Source: Rhina ancylostomus (Eukaryota). Taken from it: DNA of 64,000 nucleotides. The first letter of the stretch is position 1; each line of letters begins with the position of its first letter. A program made the position numbers and the translations under genes. Positions 39,420-51,900 of this stretch are shown in pieces. The stretch lies in contig JARFYF010000017.1 in the NCBI GenBank assembly GCA_030265395.1, forward strand, positions 14,086,374-14,150,373, read 5' to 3'. A model generated the notes under the pieces. The model saw only the letters and a program-made list of their open reading frames with translations. It was not told the DNA's origin and did not search any database.

Positions 39420-39990
39420 GTCAGAGATACACAGCACGGAAAAAGTCCATTTGGCCCACCTCGTCCATGCTGAGCTGGTACCATTTACCTGGATTTGGCT
39501 CCTATCCATGAACCTGTCCAAATGTCTCTTAAACGTTGTAATTGTACCTGCCTCTTCCACTTCCTCTGGCAGCTTGTTCCACAAAACCACCACCCTCTGT
39601 GTGAAAAACTTACCCCTCAGTTATCCTATAAATCTTTCCCCTCTCACTTTAAACCTATGCCCTTGAGTTCAAGAGTCTCCTATCTGGGAAAAGGACTGTG
39701 ACCATCCACCTTATCTATGCCCCTCATGATTTATAAAAACCTCTATAAGGTCACCACTCAGCTTCAGCTTAGCTTCAGGGAAAACAGTCCCAGACTATCC
39801 AGTGCATCTGCATAACTCAAGCCCTACAGTCTTGGCAACATCATTGTGAATTATTTCTGCACCCTCTCTATCTTAATCACATCCTTCCTATGGTATTACG
39901 ACCAGAACTGCGCACAATATTCCAGGCACAGACCCACCACCGTGTTGTACAGCTGTAACCTGACATCCCAACTCTTGTTCTCTCAATACC
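39420..39990 (-). mobile_element. CR1 LINE 3' fragment
   Basis: WNKLPEEVEEAGTITTFKRHLDRFM peptide. Confidence 0.85.
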
Positions 39991-40517
39991 TCATCTGAAC
40001 AAATGCAGCTTTAAGGATTCATCAAAATGCGTGTGCGATGAGGCGCTCTCAATGAACCACATTGTCAAGTCAAGCTCTAGGCATATCTGTCATGAGGGAA
40101 TTGAAGCAGGAGATGCAAGGGACTGCAGATGCTGGAATCTGGAGTAACAAACAAGATGCAGGAGGAACTCAATGAGTCAGGCACCATCAGTGGAGGGAAG
40201 TGGACAGTCAATGCTTCAGGTCGAGACCCTTCATCTGGACTGAATTGAAGCAATCCACCCTACTGGCCTGGAAATTGCCAATTGATTATGTCACCTCGGC
40301 ACACAATGTTTTAACCTGCACCTCTTGTGCTATTGCTTGCTTTAGCCACACAAAAGACAAAGAAAAAGTAAACTACATGCTTTCTGCCATACCAATTGAG
40401 ATCTTATTAATGCTTTGCACAACAAAAAAAAATAGAAAAATGGGTTGCAATGTAAGGTTAGAAACTGCAGACTTGTGAAACCTTAAATACTAAATTTTTC
40501 CACAGAAGTGATTGAAT

Positions 40518-40748
40518 AAGATAAGATTTCTTTATTAGTAGCATGTACATCGAAACACACAGTGAAGTGCATCTTTTTGCGTTGAGTGTTCTGGGGGCAG
40601 CCCGCAAGTGTCACCATGCTTCCAGCACCAACGTAGCATGCCCACAACTTCCTAACCCATACGTCTTTGGAATGTGGAAGGAAACCCACACAGACACGGG
40701 GAGAACATGCAACCTCCTTAAAGACAGCGGCCAGAATTGAACCCGGGA
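40518..40748 (-). mobile_element. V-SINE with an (aagat)n / Rex-like tail
   Basis: Same body and tail as the 20100-20480 copy; B-box-like ccgggttcaattc. Confidence 0.8.
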
Positions 40749-41408
40749 ATACTGGAATTCAGGATGCTTCAGCAATGTGTTTCATGCCATTAAACTGGAA
40801 AGAGAAAAATCCAGAAGCAAATAATAATAGAACATTCTGGAAATACCGAGCAGATCTGAAAGCATCTACAGAAAGGGAAGCACAGTTTGCTTTTCATGTC
40901 AATAATCTTTCATCAGTTCTATTAATTTGTGATGAACACTATACTGGATGGCATATATACATGAAATGTGAAGATTATTTTGCTACCAACTGGGTTAAAA
41001 GCATTAAGTCCTTAATAGTGTTCAATAGTTTGAATTAGTGGAATTATTTTTCATATGATATTCATAACCTTGTAATAAACAAATAAAAAGCACAAGAAAG
41101 AATAAAAGATAAGTCCACAATCTTCAAAAATTCCCTGTTCTGCTGCTCTTCCAGCATTTCTATCATCATTATTTTAGTTAAGTTTTGCCTATTTTAATTA
41201 GACTGAACCTGATGAATTGAAAAGCATAAATAACAGTGGAACCCATAGACTTAATGGAGGGAAATTATTTACATTGGTTGAAGATAAAAGGTCTGGTCTA
41301 CCAATTGAAAAATGCAGATGCTGGAAATCTAAAATAAAAACAGAAAATACTGGAAGTAATCAGCAGGTCAGGCCATGTCTGTGGGAAGAGAAACAGAGTT
41401 AATGTTTC

Positions 41409-41662
41409 TGTCATGGTTCTGAGTTCTGGCCCTCAATTTGGCTCATTAATGCCTTGTTGTCCAGCACATGGATTCCANNNNNNNNNNNNNNNNNNNNNNN
41501 NNNNNNNNNNNNNNNNNNNNNNNNNNNNNNNNNNNNNNNNNNNNNNNNNNNNNNNNNNNNNNNNNNNNNNNNNNNNNTCCTGAGGAAGTATCCTGACTCC
41601 AGTCGTGTATTGGTGTGCCGCATTTGGGTTCTCTGTGTTTGATCTGGATCAACATTGTGACA
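41409..41662 (+). mobile_element. Solo-LTR-like element, copy 2, with 5-bp TSD
   Basis: Termini TGTCA...TGACA; gtttc repeated at 41404-41408 and 41663-41667. Confidence 0.85.
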
Positions 41663-42119
41663 GTTTCAGGTCAAAGACCCTTCTTTGCAACTGGGAAGGA
41701 GACACAAGAAGCTCATTAAGCTGCAGGGAGGGTGGGGAATATCTCTGATATGGGAAAACCTGGGTGACCATGGGGATAAGGTGTAAACAAAGCTATCTGG
41801 TTAATGAGTCATCTTCAGGAATGATGTCAGGAAACACTCCTGCATGTAAAGAATACAGAAATCTTTACTACAAATGGGGATTGCTTTTGGTCAGTGGATC
41901 ATTTTATATCTGAAGCTGATAGACTTTCGACTAACCAAGGGTATTAAAGGATATGGATGAATGTGATTTGGAGTTAGTTTGTAAATCAGCTATGATCTCA
42001 ATGAAGGACCAAGCAGGTTCAAGGCAATAAATTGCCCTTTGCTGTTCCTGTGTCTGTTAATAACATGCCTAGCAGATACTGTTTAAAAATGTTCTGATTT
42101 TGAATGAGGAAAAATAAAT

Positions 42120-43620
42120 ATACATCTCCTTCTTTGGAAGTCCTTTAGGATTAAGGATGACTGCTTCTACTCTGGTTTTGTGGGTTCTAAGGTAGCTAAT
42201 AAAGCCAATATGGGAGGTGAAGACTCTTCCACAGCTTGGGACGACATGGTTGGTGGGGCTGGCGGTGTGTAGGTTGTGAGATGGTGTGTTTCTTCTGCGG
42301 CTTACACCGGACTTCTGTCTGCTCCCTATACACAGACTTGAGGTTTTCAATACCATCCTGAATGCTCCTTTTCCACTTTGAAGGGTCAGAGATTCCCAGG
42401 AGATTGGGCAGATGTCATACATCTTCAAAGAAGCTGTGGCAGCATCACTGAATCTTTTTCTCTGCCACTCAGTAATCTCCTCCAATGGTAGAGCTCAGAA
42501 TAGTGTCCTTCTGGAGAGTTTGTGGTCTGGCATGTGAGCAATGTGGCCTATGCAATGTAGCCAACTGAGAGTGACTGGGCCCTCAGTGGTGTCTGGGAGA
42601 GGATGCTGATGCTGGGTCTTTTATCTTCCCAATGAATTTGGGGAATATTGCAGAGACAACATTGGTGGTGTTTCTCAGTGACTTGAGATGCCTGCTAAAG
42701 GTATATCAGAAGAACATGGAAGAGCAGGGATAACTGCTGCCCTGGAGACCATGGGTTTTATGCCAGGTCTGATGTCTTAACCTTCAAATACCCTTTTCCT
42801 CAAGTGGTCATTGAAGGCACTGGTGAATTTCATCCTCTATGTCTGCCTTCAAGAGATAGCTCCTGAGAAATGGGAAGTGGTCCATGTTTTCAAGAGTCTC
42901 ATGAGTCATTATTGTCAGAGGGCAGTGTGGTGTTTAGGGGCAGGTTGGCAGAGGATGTTGGTCTTGCGGGTGTTGAGTGAATGCTTCAGTGAATAAATCA
43001 ATGATATCTTGGAACTCAGCATTCAAGCCTGCAGAAACACCAGTATCATCTGAATCTTGGCTCTTCAGCTTTGGCTGACAGATTCTGGAGGGTAGACAGT
43101 TTTTCGTTAGATCTGAATCTCCACTTCCAGTGGAAATTTGTCAGAGGTCAGATGCAACATTGCATTGAAAATGGTTGAGAGAAATATTGAGGCAATGACA
43201 CAGCCTTTTTTGACACCATTCTTAACTGAAGTTGGTTTGTATTGTGGATTACCTGCAGTTGTGGAGCAAATACAAGTTTGAGACTTATTTCTATGGATAG
43301 GTGAATTAGAGGAGATTGTTCCTCAGTCCCTCCAAATTAATAGAGTGGAAAGCTTTAGTAAGGACACAGAGTGGCTGGTGCTGCTCCCTGCACTTCTCTT
43401 GGCGTTGTTGTGTAGTGAAGATTGTCCACTGTGCCTCAAAATCCACAATCTCCTTGTTCGCACCTGGGAAGAGGATGATACAGGTGAGACATCAGAGATG
43501 TTGTCATCATAACCATCTTCAAGAAAGAAGGTAAGTCTAACGGTGATATCCACAGATGGGTCTCCCTGCTCTCTGCCACAGGGAAGTCATCTCCAGAGCC
43601 CTCCTGAACAACTACTTCCT
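42120..43620 (-). mobile_element. Degenerate RTE-clade LINE
   Basis: C-terminal CGRVFTSHIGFISYLRTH motif, with decayed RT motifs (GVKKGCVIA-like) further 5'. Confidence 0.75.
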
Positions 43621-46529
43621 GATTACAAAATAAAGCAATATAAAGGCCTCAATGCAATTCTTATCTTAAAGAAACAATTTTTTCCCACAAAGATATTAGT
43701 GGAAATTGCTAATAGAGGTAACATTTTCCCACTATTGCACTGAATATGACAGAATAGCACAGATGAATGATATGGCAGTTCTGTCCAGATCAAAGTTATC
43801 TTAGACTGAAAGCAGTTCTCTTTATTCCACTATTGTGACCAGTCTCTGTGAGCAGTTCTTCTTGAGACTTAATTCAGCTTGCCGTTTTCTGAAAGCAGTA
43901 AACTGGAGATGGTGTAAATCCAAAATATAAACAGAAAATGCTGGTAGTGCTTAACCAGTCAGACAGCATCTATGGAGATAAGCAGAGTTAACTTTTCAGG
44001 TCAATGATCCTTTACCAGTTCTGTGCTGCACTGCAACCTCATGCCCTGAACCTGAATATCTGATGAATTGCCAATAACCTGAAACATTAAATCTGTTTCA
44101 CTCTTCATGGATACTGCCTGACCAGCTGTGTATTTCCATTCCCTGCTGATTGATGGAGTTGAAGGCTATGTGCACACAACAGGAGGATAGTGGCAGAGAG
44201 GGGAATATATCGTCAAGTGAGAAATTTTATTATGTTAACATTTCCGCAGGAGGAGAGCATGTGAATTATGAGGAGAGTGGCTAGCTTGCATTTGTTTTCT
44301 TTGGAACAAATAAGGCTGAGATTTCTTTCATACATAAAATTGTGAGAGCTCTATGCATAATGCAAATGAAAAATCTATTTCTGCAAGTAAAACCAATGTA
44401 ACAGATGTATTGTAATTAGTAGAAGGGAATTAAAGAAAAGTGGTTTCACCCAAAGAATGATGGAGGGCTGGTCCTCACTACCTGTAAGAATAATGGGGAC
44501 AGAAACCCTCAACTCATTTCAAAAGTTCCTGAGTGAGCACTTGAAGAGTGGTAAACTCCATGCCCATAGACCAAGTGCTGGGCTGTGGGAATAGCCTTAC
44601 TTGGTTTTGGAGGGCAAGGAATTAATGGGCTGAATGCCCTCCTCCTGCATCATAAATGTTAATATCTGACCCCTTTGAGGTTTGGGTGAGGAAGTAATTG
44701 GTCATAATTACCTGTGAATGATCCTGAAGGATAAAAACTGATGTCTGAAAGCATGGATCCATCCTTTGTGGTTGTTCCTATAAAAGTGGTTTATTTTGAA
44801 GATCCAGTAAAAGTGTCTGTCCAATGAAGTATACGACTCACCACAAGAATTGAATGTGATTTCTAAACCACTTCAGATCCTTATCTTCTGACTGAAGTAG
44901 TTGCCAAAAATGAAGGAACTTTGATGCAATTATACTGTAGCTAATGATCTGAGACCAGTATCTGCTGCTTTCAGTATGCAATTAGTAAAGTCTAGTTGTG
45001 GTGCTTTCTGACCTAAGTCTAATAACAAAGACCAGTGATAACAGACCTCCACAGCATGTATCCTTTGATGCATTCATGAAGCCCCACTCCAATTTTTCAA
45101 ATTAGAGAGCTATAATGTGATATTCACTTTCTCCTAATCTTTTTAAAAAAACAAAATTGCTTTTAGGTTTTGTAAGTTTTTTAATCTAAGGGAATGACCT
45201 AGAAATTATGCTGGGCTGGAGCTATAACAGAAACTGTGCATAAATTTGGACATCTGTCTGGTGTGGCAAACAAATTGGATCCAATGGCTATTTTTCATGC
45301 ACCAACCAAACATGAAAGCAATCATTTCTGGGTGAAATTGTCCCTGTCAGGCAGTTGGCAAGAAACTGTGCACAATTCACCTTAGAATGTTGAATTTGTT
45401 TTGGCATCTGTCACCTAATGATGTCACAAATTGAACAACCCACATTTTCTTCCTCACCAACATAAATTGGAGTTTTAAGGGGCAGCATACAACCTCTGTT
45501 GAATAGTCACAAAAGAAGTTGCAGTGAGGTGTCTATGGAAGTGTCTGCTGAGCCTGATACCTCACCATTAGTTGTTCCATCACTGATTGCAGCCATTGTA
45601 TATAACACACACCTCTGCCTAGTTTTTCACTCCAGTGGTCTGGGAAACACTCGCAGTGCAGGGCTTGATCAGGGCAGACAATCACTAGGAATGTGATGGA
45701 GATTCGCTTTCCAGGCCCCGAAAAAGTTCATTGCTAACCTCAGCTTTTCAGCACAGCAACTTGACCTGTCCAAAGGTCAAGAAGTGGTTGCTCATTAAAC
45801 TAACATCACTGTTGTAAAAACAGCAGAAATTGTCCAAGGCTTGAGATATTTGTTGTTTGCTAAGTTAAACTTCTAAACAATATTCCATGCTCAGCCTCTT
45901 AACATAAACAAGAGGGCAATGGGATCCACATTTACTTAATTAAACACTCCAGTCACTTGGGCTGAAAATGTGGTTGAAAAAACATCACATGCCAACTCAG
46001 TGACAAAACAGGGTAGTGGGGAATGACAGAGANNNNNNNNNNNNNNNNNNNNNNNNNNNNNNNNNNNNNNNNNNNNNNNNNNNNNNNNNNNNNNNNNNNN
46101 NNNNNNNNAACTTGTTGGTATGACTTTTTAGCTTGTAAGAAGTGTACTTGTGTTTGGAAATCCTTTGTAAGTTACAAGTTGTTCTTAAGAATTACTTATT
46201 AGAATTAAGTGTCTCACTTAAAATAAAATGAACTGTGTTTAACCTGCTTCATTAGCTGGAAGTGTCTTCTCCTTGGTTGCGAGGAGGGACCCACGGTTTG
46301 AAACAGTGATTATTGACAACTAGACCTTTTCCATAGAGACTAAAGTAGTGAAGTAAACTAGTCCTTGAAGTGTAGGTTGATGCAGTATAATCTCCCTATG
46401 GTGAGGGTACTTGTGGACACTTATGCCAGATATAACTTAGTCTTGATTTAAGTTTAGAGCTCTTGGGTGGTACATTCAATATCATCACAGGAAGTGCCCA
46501 TGGAATTGAAAGTTTACCATGTCACCACA

Positions 46530-47145
46530 TTTCCCTCAACTTCTCCCAGATTCTATCGCCCATCTACACACTTGTGGCAACTTACCGTGGGCAACTAACA
46601 TACCAACTTGCAACTTCTTGGAATGTGGGATGAAACCAGAGCATCTGAAGCACACGTAGATGGTTACAGGGAGAACATGCAAACTCCACACAGAGCATAC
46701 AACATAGATCAGTACAACAGAGGAACAGGACCTTTGGCCCACCTTGTCTGTGCAACCATGATACCAGTCTGAACTAATCAATTCCCTTGATTCGCTGCCT
46801 GTTCATGTGTCTATCTAAATGCTACTTAAATGCTTGCTATCACACATACTTCTATCACTCCCCCTGGCAGTGCGTTCCAGGCACACACAACTCTTGACGT
46901 AAAAAAAATTACCTCATAAATCTCTTTTAATTTTTCCCCTTTCAGTTTAAACTTATGCCCTCTAGTATTTGACATTTCTAATCTGGGATGAAGACTCTGA
47001 CTATCTACCCTATCTATGCCTTTCATAATTTTAAGACATAATTTTAAATAATAAGTTACTGATCTCAGTACCAGCAATCAGGACTGAACCTGGGTCACTG
47101 GAGTTGTGAGGCAGCAGCTCTACCAGCTATGCCACTGTGCTGCTC
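46530..47145 (-). mobile_element. V-SINE split by a CR1 3' fragment (about 46700-47035)
   Basis: SINE body at about 46570-46695, tRNA-like head at about 47078-47140, and CR1 peptide KIMKGIDRVD...TRGHKFKL between them. Confidence 0.7.
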
Positions 47146-48188
47146 TCAACAGCTGGACTGAATACTGAATTGCTCAGTTGCTACTGAATCTCTCCCACAT
47201 TCCTTGAAGTTAACAAAATCTCTTTTCTGATGGAAGGATAATTTCATTATTGCATTATTTATGAATCCTTTCCATTGCTATAGCACTGCTAAAGGGGAAT
47301 GTGTGCTGTAGAAGTAGTCAAGAATCTACATAGAGTCTGATAGCATGGGTATGGAGAGATTTCAATGTTAGAAGGTGCAGCAGTTTAGTCTGAATGGAAT
47401 CAGCTGTTCCTTCTCTAGTTACTTGTTTATTGAAGTTTAGAGATATTTTGCAACACTCATAATCCTTAAAAAGGATGCTCAAGAGAGTAAATAATTGTTA
47501 AAAAAATATACACTCAGTGTAATAATTGGAAACCACGACAAGAGGAAAATACTAATGTCCCATACACTTTGCTGACAGCTGTACTATTTTCCATGGAAAT
47601 TGTTTACATCACTGAGTGGAAACTGACAAATTGAAATCTTGGAATCAGGCTGCAAAGAACTTAAAAACAATTCTATGTATTTGTATCAGTTGGAGAGGAA
47701 GGCTGGTATTGCAAAATATTTTATATGAATGTTGCCCAAAATATCACTGCTTGCCTTACAAAATACCTTAGATATCTTTCTAAAACAAAATCATTTGAGT
47801 AACTGAGTTCAAATCCATTTATTCTCCCTCTCTACATTGTGATTTACCTTAATAAAAATCAAAAGACAAAAGTAGTTTTAGATTGGAGGAAAAAGAGTTT
47901 GATTTTTGAAGCAATAGGATTCAATGTGTTTTACACAAAGTCATTTAGGGCATAAATATGTAATTGTTCCCTTATTAGCCATTTCCTGCATCCTCTATAG
48001 TAATTGGAACTCAACAAGTCAAACACATAAATTCAATCCAAGATTTTATTTCTTTGCCCATAAATTCTGCATAGTTCTTTTGCAAGAGCCATTATGAAAA
48101 TATATTAGAATATGTTGTCCAGTTTTATAATTAGTTTTATGATGTTAATGTCACATTGACCAATTTTAAGATTTGGGAAGTCTATTAA

Positions 48189-48229
48189 ACAAATAGCATT
48201 TTATTTTACAAATAGCATTTTATTTTACA
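48189..48229. repeat. 19-bp tandem duplication (acaaatagcattttatttt x2)
   Basis: Two perfect adjacent copies. Confidence 0.85.
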
Positions 48230-48549
48230 TGAATTATCATTTGAATAGTAACATTAAGAGTGTTGTTGGATATTTGGAATTAAACTAATACTACAGCATT
48301 TGCTATTTTACTGCAAAAATAGATTTTGCTTATACCTAAGCCAATAATACTATGTTACTCAGCCAAGATCATGAAGAAAACCAGTTTATCTGGTCATTCT
48401 CATGTTGTTGTTTCTGGGGGCTTGCTATGCACAACATGGCTGCCATATTCCCTACATTTTAATAGCCACTGTTCTTCAGAACTTCTTAATGGGTTGAAGA
48501 CTGCTTTGGGACAACATAGAGAATTGTGAAACATGTTATATCAATGCAA

Positions 48550-48978
48550 CATCACAATTTGATCAAGGAGCAAGCTCGCAGAGAACCCAAATGCGGCACA
48601 CCAATACAAGACTGGAGTCAGGACACTTCCTTAGGACAAACACAGGCAGCAACTAGAAGGAATCTTGACTCAGGGATCTGAAGAGAAATCCCAACATGAA
48701 CTGGATCTTCAAAAAGGAATAGAGAACAGAGGACTGCTCGAGAGTAGATCACTCTAAGCAGCCAGGAGCCAAAGTATACCCAAAGGTAGACCAATACTCT
48801 GGCAACTAGTGCTAGAGAAACCCAGGNNNNNNNNNNNNNNNNNNNNNNNNNNNNNNNNNNNNNNNNNNNNNNNNNNNNNNNNNNNNNNNNNNNNNNNNNN
48901 NNNNNNNNNNNNNNNNNNNNNNNNNNCAACAAGGCATTAAAGGAGCCAAATTGAGGGCCAGAACTCAGAACCATGACA
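48550..48978 (-). mobile_element. Solo-LTR-like element, copy 3
   Basis: Same sequence family; ends ccatgaca; flanks tgcaa and tacaa form a 5-bp TSD with one mismatch. Confidence 0.8.
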
Positions 48979-51900
48979 TACAAGTTCTTTCTGTTAATAT
49001 ATACTATACAATGTATTGGTATCTGTGATAGCAACACTTGTTTGATTTCTTGGTTCTCAGAATTCTGGGAAATACTTTATATAATATGTTGTCAATAAAG
49101 CAGCATGAACTGCTCTTCTAATAACTTGCATCTATTCACTTTCATTTGTTGTGTTATATTGTTTTGCAAAATGTTCAAGACCTAAATTGTGGAGTCTCAA
49201 TTATCTGACAATGTTTTATTATGCTCTAGGGACCAGCCAAGATTCTGTTTTATGACAGAAAAAAAAACAGATTTTGCCATACCCAACAAACATCGCTAAG
49301 GAAATCACTTTATCTGGTCATTTTCATCTTGCTCTTTCTGGGAACTTAGTCTGCACAAGTTGGCTGCTGACTTTCCTGCATTACAACAGTTGCTAAACAT
49401 CAGAAGTATTTGGTTATAATATCCAGATGAAGGATCTCAAACCAAAATATCGACTGTTCATTTCCCTCCATAGATGCTGCCTGACCCGCTGAGTTCCTCC
49501 AGCACTTTGTGTGTTGCTCCAGATTCCAGCACCAGCAGTCTCTTGTCTCTTCAGAAATATTTGATTGGTTGTAAATTGCTTTGGGACATCCTGGAATCTT
49601 GAAATGTGCACCATGAATACATTCCCTCTGTTTGATGAACCTTCACATTATTGTTGAATCAACAAATCAACGTGAAAATGCTTTCACATCAGTTTCTGAC
49701 CTTTGTTTTACCAATCATTCTTTACATAAATCCACAAAAATAAACTCAGAAAAGTATTGAGATTTTTTTGTTGGTGCCTGGCTTTAATATAGAAACAAAT
49801 AATATTTACACTAGTAAAGTCAAGAGTACATGTAATTTACCAGAACTACAATGGAGCCAAGGGATATGGGGAGAAAGGAGGCAAATGGTGTGGAGACCAT
49901 GATTGGATCAGCCATAATCTTTTTGAATGGCAGATCAAGCTCAAAGGGCTAACTGGCCTAATTCTGCTCCTGTTTGTTAGAGAGTATCAAATACATCAGT
50001 TCATTGGGTAATATTGGCATTGACCAAAGGCTTCTCAGATTGAAGGCTTGAAGGCTGTTTGTCTTTTGAATTGGCTTGGACTTGAATTTGTAAGAAGCTT
50101 GCACTTATTCAACACTTCATCATATCCTTGGGATGTTCTAAAGCACTTTGCAATCAATGAATTACTGTTTGGAATATAATCACTGTTGTATAGTGAAATG
50201 TGTTTTAACTTAATGGCTCAGCAAATATTCCTCCTTCTAGGAATGTAGTTTAAGAAGAGAAACAAAAGTAACATTGTTAACTTGTCTTGCATGAATCCTA
50301 ACGGACAGAAAAAGAAAACAGTCAAAGTGACTTTAAGTAAATGCCATGTAAAAATAACTGGAATTATTGAGTATCGTTCGTATCTTTCTGAGAACCCCGT
50401 AAGTTACTCGCAACCTTCAGGTCTGCTGCTTCTAAAAGGAGTTTTGATGGTGTGTCAAAAAAAAACAATGTAGTTTCCCTGTCAAAATGCGTTATAAGCA
50501 TAAGGACCCCACCCCCATTCACAGCCTCCCCTCCAAGTCGGTGGAAAGGAAGATATATAACGTTTTGACTGCATAGCTGGAGGCAAAAGGATACTCTGAG
50601 CAAGTGGGCAGCTTCCTGCTGAGCTATTCTTGCCCTCTGTGTACTTGAAAATCGCTATCTCCTAATCAGTGGCTTCATCCTCTTTTTTATGATTAGGCTA
50701 TTTCAAAAATCCTTTTCACCTTAGCGCAGTAAATCTTTTCTCTCCTTCCTGCTGTGCGGTCATAAATTTTCTTTACAATGGAATCTGCAATTAGAGATTA
50801 TTATGCTGCAATCTGAAGATTAATGTTGCCATTTCCTTTTGAGGAGAAGTGGGGTCTCTCTTCAAAACAAAGCGATTATAGACAAGCTTATTAGGAAATA
50901 TGGAAATGCTTGCAAATTTCATTAAAAGTAGCTCTTCATAATAAACAGAAGGGTGAAATGGGCAAATATTTGATAATTAAACAAACAAGCCTTTGGTTAA
51001 CCAGTTTAAACGATAACAACGTCTTTAAAATTAAAACTTCATTGACGACAAGCACAATNNNNNNNNNNNNNNNNNNNNNNNNNNNNNNNNNNNNNNNNNN
51101 NNNNNNNNNNNNNNNNNNNNNNNNNNNNNNNNNNNNNNNNNNNNNNNNNNNNNNNNNNAATACACACAAACTGGACTCAGATTTTACTTATTTTGTTGGA
51201 CTGGATATTGTGCCACTGCGATGAAATGAGGATTGAAATCGATGACTTGTCCATGATCTATCCTTTTGCAGTGACATTTCTATGCCTCCCCCCACCCCCA
51301 CCCCAACTATCTTTGATGCATCATTGACCTAAGGTGCTGCCCCGCATCGCCAGCCCGGGACCTGTGTGGAACGGCAATCCATTCGATGTGAAGCGATGTG
51401 AGGCTAGCGGGAGAAAAATCGCGATCAGTTTGTTATCATCCGCCGCCCCCGCGCCCCACAGCACCTTCATCTGATTGTATGGAAACCGTGTTGGGGTTCA
51501 AAGGCGCAACATCTGATACTTTCGAAGACTTTTACACGATGGTCTGTTCAATTTTGATTAGAAACGGACTATTTGGAAACGATGGGGCAAATGACACTTC
51601 GCCCTCGGAATCGTTCATTCCTCTCGGTGTCCCCACTGCCGTTCAAGCATGTATGCCCACATTCCGTGACCGCAGAACCTCGGTCCTGCTAGTTACTTGC
51701 GTCTCCGTTTTCGGTGGAAGCATTAAGTTTTAAATAAACATTCAAATAAAAAGTCGCACTTTGGTGCTCAAACAATTAAGTAGACGAATGCGTCAAGAAA
51801 TCCAACAGCGAGGGAGGTGAACACAGATCCTTCTTGTCTTCACTTTACCTAAATACTTCCTCGCATTTCACGGTAGAATACCAGTCATTTCATTTGCACG

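Noticed and set aside
46109-46440. Possible additional LTR-like segment next to a gap
   Set aside because: One end is missing, and there is no TSD or second copy in the window.
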